The notes beneath the pieces are model-generated. The model worked only from the letters and a program-made list of their open reading frames with translations, searched no databases and was not told the DNA's origin. Shown piece by piece: positions 58,175 through 64,000 of a stretch of DNA of 64,000 bases. The position numbers and the translations under genes are program-made. The stretch lies in contig CBFDEM010000045.1 in assembly GCA_965603825.1 (NCBI GenBank), forward strand, positions 186,001-250,000, written 5' to 3'. This stretch comes from Blepharisma stoltei ATCC 30299 (taxonomy: Eukaryota; Protista; Ciliophora). Positions within the stretch are counted from its first letter, which is position 1. Each line of letters starts with the position of its first letter.

Positions 58175-58927
58175 ATGAGCGGAGCTGGCACTGGATACGA
58201 TTTATCATCAACAACGTATAATCCTGAAGGAAAGGTCTACCAAGTAGAATACGCAATGAAGGCTGCCGAAAACGGAGGATCAATTATAGGACTAAAATGC
58301 AAAGATGGAATTGTCATCGGTGGCGAGCGGAACGTATTATCAAAAATGCTAGTCCAGAACAGCAATAAATGCATATTTGGAATTACCAAAAACATCGGTG
58401 CAGTAGTGACAGGAGTTATTCCTGATGGAAAAGCTGTGATTTCAAGGGCAAGACAAGAAGCAACCCAATATGCTGAATTCTATGGAAAAGACATTGGTGC
58501 AACAGTTCTTGCAGAAAGGGTAGCTCAGTATATGTATCTTTTCACTCTTTATGGAGGACTGAGGCCTTTTGGATGCTCAATTATTATGTCAGGAATTGAT
58601 GATGGAATCCCAAAATTGTTCTTGATTGAGCCTTCAGGAGCTTTCTTTGAATATTATGCTTGTGCTTCAGGAAAAGGTAACCAGGTATGCAAAACAGAAA
58701 TAGACAAACTGAATCTTGCAGATTTAACATGTAGAGACGCAGTTTATCATATCCATAAAATGCTTGTTAAAAGTAGAGAAGAAGGGCAAGAAAAAAGATA
58801 TGAAGTTGATCTTTCGTGGTTAAGTCAGGATGCGAATAATTTCTTAGTCCCAGTGCCTCTAGATTTCAAAGATGAAATGGAAAGAAAAGCAAAAGATGAT
58901 ATTGAAAGAGAGGAAAGAGGAGATTAA
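58175..58927 (+). CDS. PSMA3: 20S proteasome subunit alpha-7
   Basis: MSGAGTGYDLSSTTYNPEGKVYQVEYAMKA, FTLYGGLRPFG. Confidence 0.96.
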   Translation: MSGAGTGYDLSSTTYNPEGKVYQVEYAMKAAENGGSIIGLKCKDGIVIGGERNVLSKMLVQNSNKCIFGITKNIGAVVTGVIPDGKAVISRARQEATQYAEFYGKDIGATVLAERVAQYMYLFTLYGGLRPFGCSIIMSGIDDGIPKLFLIEPSGAFFEYYACASGKGNQVCKTEIDKLNLADLTCRDAVYHIHKMLVKSREEGQEKRYEVDLSWLSQDANNFLVPVPLDFKDEMERKAKDDIEREERGD

Positions 58928-59011
58928 TAGTAAGAATTAGGAATAATTATTTATCTTGAGAACATAATAATAGTTTAAGTAAAAAATCTAAAGGAAAGAA
59001 GTTTACATGGT

Positions 59012-59776
59012 TTATATCACTCCTCCTGATGGAAATTGTTGATATCTTGGGACATGAGGAGGTATTTGTGGGTTTACTTCGCTTTGCCCTATGTTATTTT
59101 GAGGAACAGGTAGATTTTCTTGCTGTCCAGCTTGATTAGGCTGTCCTTGAGGCTGCAGCTGTGGAGGTTGATAAGGCTGCACCGGCACCCCTTCAGCAGC
59201 TTGAAATCCTACCTGCGCTTGTGCTTCAAATCCCCTATAATTAATCGAATAAAAATTTAATCAATGGCAATAATCCCCTGCAGTAACTCTAACGCCAGTA
59301 TCCCTCAAGCATTGATCCGCCGCTTCTTGCAATTCCCTATTCATAATCAATTCATTCTTTTTCATTCTTATCATAAACTGTCTCCCAACCTCTCTCATCG
59401 CAAAAGCAGATATAATAATAATGCAAATATCAACAAGTGCAAGAATATCAAAAAAAATCAAGCTCAATAGCAAATCAAGAGAAAATAAAAATAATACGAT
59501 CAAAATAATAATTTTGAAAAACATGTATTTGATTCAAGAACTTTTGACACAACGATTTGCTGTTTGTATGATAATAAGGTAAGTTTGAGGATCAATTCTT
59601 CCAAAAAGGAGAGGATTATGATTTATTATTGGGTCAAAATAAAACCTTGCACAATTTGATCTTGAATGAATGATTGTGTGGCCTTCAGAAGGCTCAGGAG
59701 GAGTTGGGATGATTTTTGGCTCCCAAAAAATGTACCATGGGTTTCTTCGTGTGTTGGGATTTAATTGATCTACCAT
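59012..59776 (-). CDS. Two-TM membrane protein with Q/P-rich tail (254 aa); TGA=Trp at 59261, 59534
   Basis: Fragments join in frame to TAA at 59012; hydrophobic hairpin in the middle. Confidence 0.75.
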
Positions 59777-59859
59777 TTATTATATATGAACTATTAATAT
59801 TTCTCTCAGCTAATAAAAGCCTGATATTTTGTTTATTATAAAGAAAATAATAACTTAAA

Positions 59860-62800
59860 TTATTTAATTTGTAACAATTTTATGGTTTCGACCACAATCA
59901 CTTCTAGAACCATATCTGCAAGATCAAGCTTTACTTGAACTTCTTCTTCCTCATAGTCAAGCCAACTATTTTCTTCTTCATGTACATCTTGGCATAATAA
60001 TCCACTCATTTTTTCTTCTCTGAAAACTTGTAGCCTATTTTCGTCAATTCCCCCATTCGGCATGATCATTTCTATAGTAGGGTATATTCCTCCTCTTAAG
60101 CAAGCCCATTTATACATGGTTTCTTTGACTTTTTCGAATACATTTATAAGATGAGACTCCCCAAATAATGTCCTCTGATGAGTACTCCATGGATCAGGGA
60201 TTCCTTTGGTGTCATATGGCCGAATATAATTAAGTGCTTCATTTACACAGTCAAAAAGCATTTGAAGATAAATCTGTCTTGATGGGGCATCTAATGAGTT
60301 AAACCCAGATTTCAGCTCGGTGCACAGCTCTGGAGGCAAAATTAAGTCTAAAGTGGGGTATTTCACTAATGAGCCAATTTCTGCGTTTTGGAGGAGAGAT
60401 AGCCTGCTTAATGGATCATGGTATGCAGGAGTGTTTATGGAGTCTAGAATTTCATTTTCTATAGGGAAAAGCTGGCTCAGCATAACATCAAGATATTCAT
60501 CTATAAAAGTCAAGCTTGGGTCAATCTGAGGGCTAATGTCTTGGAATGGGACTTTTTGCAAATACAGCCAAACTTCTTTATGAATCACTTGATTTATAAA
60601 TTCTTCTGTAAAATCATCAGACTCTGTCGTATTTATTGATGTCAGAACAATATCTTTTGGACTTTCCAATGAGTTAGTGTCATGCTCATAGTCAATTAAA
60701 GAATTTTCTGATTCACCATGGGGTGATTCGAGCGGAAAAATGTCTTTTTTAGAAAATGGAGAAAACTTGCGGTCTGACTCTGAAGAATCTTCTTCGATGT
60801 GGCTTCTAATTCTTTTCATAATATCAAGATCTGAGTCGTCAGAGCTTTCATCTTTATCAAATGTGTCAGTTTCTAAATTTAAAGGCGAAGCATTTCCTTC
60901 ATGTAAATTTTCTAAGCTTGGAACTGATTGGTATTCTCTGTCTGAGCTTGATACAGAGTATTTATCTGATTCGGATAGTCCAGGAATTTTCTTTTGTAAA
61001 ATAAAATCTTTATTTAGCCCTTCTTTTGAAGGGTCAGGCTTTTCACAGAAAAGTTCTTTGTGGTCAGTTAATAATATGCCTTTTGTGATGCTTTCCTGAG
61101 AAGGCTTTTTATTTTCAGGTTCTTGAGGTAGCTTGCATGGTAGTTCTTCTTGGGGATGTGGAGATGGATTTAAAAATAGCTTGTTTCCATTCGAAATATT
61201 TGGTATTACTTTTTGATTTTCTATTCTTGGAGATTTTATAAGTGCTGCTCCTCTTATGTTTTCTAATGGAAGTTTAGGGATATCTGGGATTTTTTGAGGA
61301 TTTTCGTAGAAAATTGTAGATGGAATGTTTAAAGGAGATTTAAGAGCGCTCGATGGGGAATTTTGGATTTGTGCTGAGCTTTCTGCCAGAGATTTGACTT
61401 TATTTAAAAATTTATTCGAGTCTTGTAGAAAGCCTATAGAATTCAATTGTTTTGGACTTTCTTGTGGGGGTGGAACAATATTTGGTTTTATATTTTGTGG
61501 GATTTTAACATTACTCACAAAAGGCCTTGGAGATTTTGAAGAGCTTGAAATTGATGAAGGGCTTTCTTGAGGGACTTTATAAGAAGATGATCCAGCAATC
61601 CACAAATCTTCTTCAGATTCATCTGAATGAGCATCTGTGTGCTTTTGGTTTGTTGGGAATTCAGTATCTTTTACTTTTACGAAATTATCATATCGGTTTG
61701 CTGAATTCTTTTTAGGCTCTGTATCTCCCTTCTGTTTTTCTTGAAAAGTTCTCATAATTCTGTCCTCATATATATTTTGCACAATCTCAGGCTTATAAGG
61801 TTTCATTTTCTCCTCTGTTTGAAGTGGAAGCTTATCAGCTGTCACTTTTTCACTGACAAATTTTCTAATTTCAGAGTCTATTTTGCCTTTTTGGAGTTCT
61901 CTTTCAGGCCCATTCAAAATTAATTCGACTGCACTTTCTTTTTCATTATTTTTCAAAATTGGTTGCTCATTTATTTCTTTCGAAGATTTCTCTAGATTTC
62001 AATTATTCTCATGCTTGCCAAGCATAGCTCTTAAGTCTAAAGTTTTAGGCTTATAAGTGCAAACTTCTTCTGCCTTTTTATTAACTTTATACTCAAAACT
62101 GTTTTCTAATGAATCTATTTGAGATTGCTCAGATTTATCAGGCTCTGGGGCTTCATCGGCAGTAAAATCTTTTAATCTATGGCTAGAAGGCTTTTCCGCT
62201 GAAATCCATTCAATTCGTGGAGAAAATATTTCTCTATCACTGGAATCTGCATGATCTCTTTCTTCTAGACTGCTTTCTTCGTCTGAAATTTCATTTTCAA
62301 TCGTAGAGTTTTCTTTTCTTGACGAACTTCCTTCTTCATATATAGGCTCCTCATATTCTTCGTGTACATTTATATAAGGCTCATTTGAGGCTTCTGATTC
62401 CTCATATTTTTGTATTTTAAATGCAATTTTTCCTATAGGTAAAGGAGGAATTTTCACAGGCTGCCTTTCACGATCAGAAACCTCAGGTGTTGACTGAACT
62501 TCACAAGGAGTTCGGAGGCTGCTTGATGACTCTGTACCGCCAGTCTTTATTATCGAATTTTCTCCAACACTTCCAAGCTCATCAAGCTGAGCTTGTACCA
62601 TTATTTCATTATCTAAAAATTTTTGTTCAATCTCATTAAATCTATTTTGCAATGTCAGCCTAAATTGATCCACAAGCTCACTTTTGCTATTTTTCAGGCT
62701 TTCTGGTGGAGGGTCTTTAATATCAATCCATTCTTCATCTCTTTCTGTTTCTTGCCTTTTTAAAGAAAAATTCGAAGAGTTTGAGCTTTGGTCTTGTAAC

Positions 62801-64000
62801 GTTAATTCTTCATGATGAGGAAAAGACTCAATTTCAATCGGCTCAATGTTTTTTTTGGTAAATAAAGAATTCAAAAGAGAGCTGCTGAACGCTAGATCTT
62901 CAGACGAATGAGATTGGTATGATTCTTCAATTTCTTCAATTATCTTATTTTTTAATACACTTCTAAACCATCTTTGAATAATAATTGCTGCTTTATCAGG
63001 GCTATATTTATCATGCATTAATTGTTTGGCTTCTAGTACTCTTTCCTGAAGATTTTTTAATTTTTCTTTTAATAATCCTTGGCTATCTCGGATACTATCT
63101 GAGACTTTGAGATCTTCCAAAGACTCATGGCCATAAGGATGCACAGCTATATCTGAAAGGTCAGAATCAGTTTGGATTTTTCAGGCACTCAGATTATTTA
63201 TTTTATGGTTTGGGGACTTTTTCGGGTCACTTTCATGTCTGTAAAGGCTCATTGGATTTATGTATTCACTTTGTGATAAAGGCTCGGATAGTAAGCGCTT
63301 TTTCGTATATTCTTGAATATTGTTATAAAGAATCTTTTTTTTCTTTTTCTTTTTGGTTTTTTTCACTGCTGATTTTCGCTGCTTGTCTATCATTTCAAGT
63401 GCTCTTTCTCTTTCTTTTTCTTTTACTAATTCTTCAAGCCTACTTTGAAGCTCTGCGATTTTGACTTCTTTTCTTTTAAGTTTCATATATTTTTGGATGT
63501 TTGGGTCAGGGCTTCAATGCGTTTCTTTTGGTTTTTCGATTTTGGGGCTTTTTCGTCTTGGTCTAATATTTGGGTATAAATCTAATCCAATATGAGCTCT
63601 TCTTTCGTTAAGTGACCGTTCTCTCTCAGCTCTTTTCTTTTCTTTGAGTTCTATTTCTTCAGCATTTCTTTCATATTCTTTATTTTCAAATTTACTTTGA
63701 TCTACACCTCAAGCCAATTTATGAAGTTTTTTCTCTTTTGTAATTTTTTTCGCATTTTGTTTTCTAATGGCTTCATTTGCTTTTTTCAATTTATTTTTCT
63801 TTTCTTCTTCTTTTTTCTTGATTTCTTCTTCTTTTTTGATGTTTAAACTCTTTTCTAAGTGATTTTTTGTGAGTGTTTCGTTGATAATCTTCTTTATTTT
63901 TCCGCTGGCTGGCTTTTCTTTTACAGCTTCAATTTCTATTTGTTTTGGCTGAGACAGTTGGATTTTTCTGTCTCGTTTAGATGATTTAGATCGTCAAGGC
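59860..64000 (-). CDS. CEP350-like centrosomal/basal-body protein (DUF4378-type C-terminus, IQ motif), 5' end outside window; TGA=Trp at 61999, 63181, 63514, 63709, 63994
   Basis: C-terminus MLFDCVNEAL...DVHEEENSWLDYEEEEVQVKLDLADMVLE resembles CEP350; AAIIIQRWFR IQ motif; frame open to window end with TGA=Trp. Confidence 0.78.

Noticed and set aside
1-64000. Pseudogene interpretation of the in-frame stops
   Set aside because: TGAs fall on conserved Trp positions, TAA/TAG lie in consensus 15-nt introns, and no frameshifts are needed
1-64000. TGA as selenocysteine or Cys
   Set aside because: Aligned positions are Trp in non-redox families; no SECIS recognised
1-64000. tRNA, 5S rRNA, CRISPR arrays, transposases
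   Set aside because: None recognised by eye; the repeats present are intragenic coding repeats. tRNAscan-SE/Infernal would be needed to exclude small RNAs

Overview
Gene-dense, AT-rich eukaryotic DNA from a heterotrich ciliate, most likely a Blepharisma-type macronuclear (somatic) chromosome. The supplied ORF track is fragmented for two reasons. (1) TGA encodes Trp: I count about 50 in-frame TGAs, many at family-invariant Trp positions, and every reconstructed gene ends in TAA/TAG. (2) Genes carry 15-nt spliceosomal introns (11 found, all GTA..AG with A at position 10). After correction there are about 36 protein genes: MCAT/FabD, SNF1/AMPK, beta-adaptin, ferlin, MORN protein, DnaJ, START, FAN-like BEACH, a TPR-only Rrp5, a CNBD K+ channel, LRR, SEC13, mitochondrial carrier, SF-assemblin, bL27m, SEC61A, TRAPPC8, a divergent ARF-like GTPase, two tandem 4-TM repeat proteins, ankyrin, CBM20, proteasome alpha7, a CEP350-like protein and several hypotheticals. 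One complete, very compact 18S-5.8S-28S rDNA unit (ITS1 about 36 nt) sits directly between protein-coding genes. Most notable: the embedded minimal rDNA with a nearby Rrp5 lacking all S1 domains; a stand-alone Sec3-like coiled-coil mini-protein; a tandem 4-TM family with huge charged repeat loops; an apparent sub-kilobase G/C-skew oscillation; and TGA codons very close to gene ends. All family assignments are from motif recognition by eye; no searches were run.
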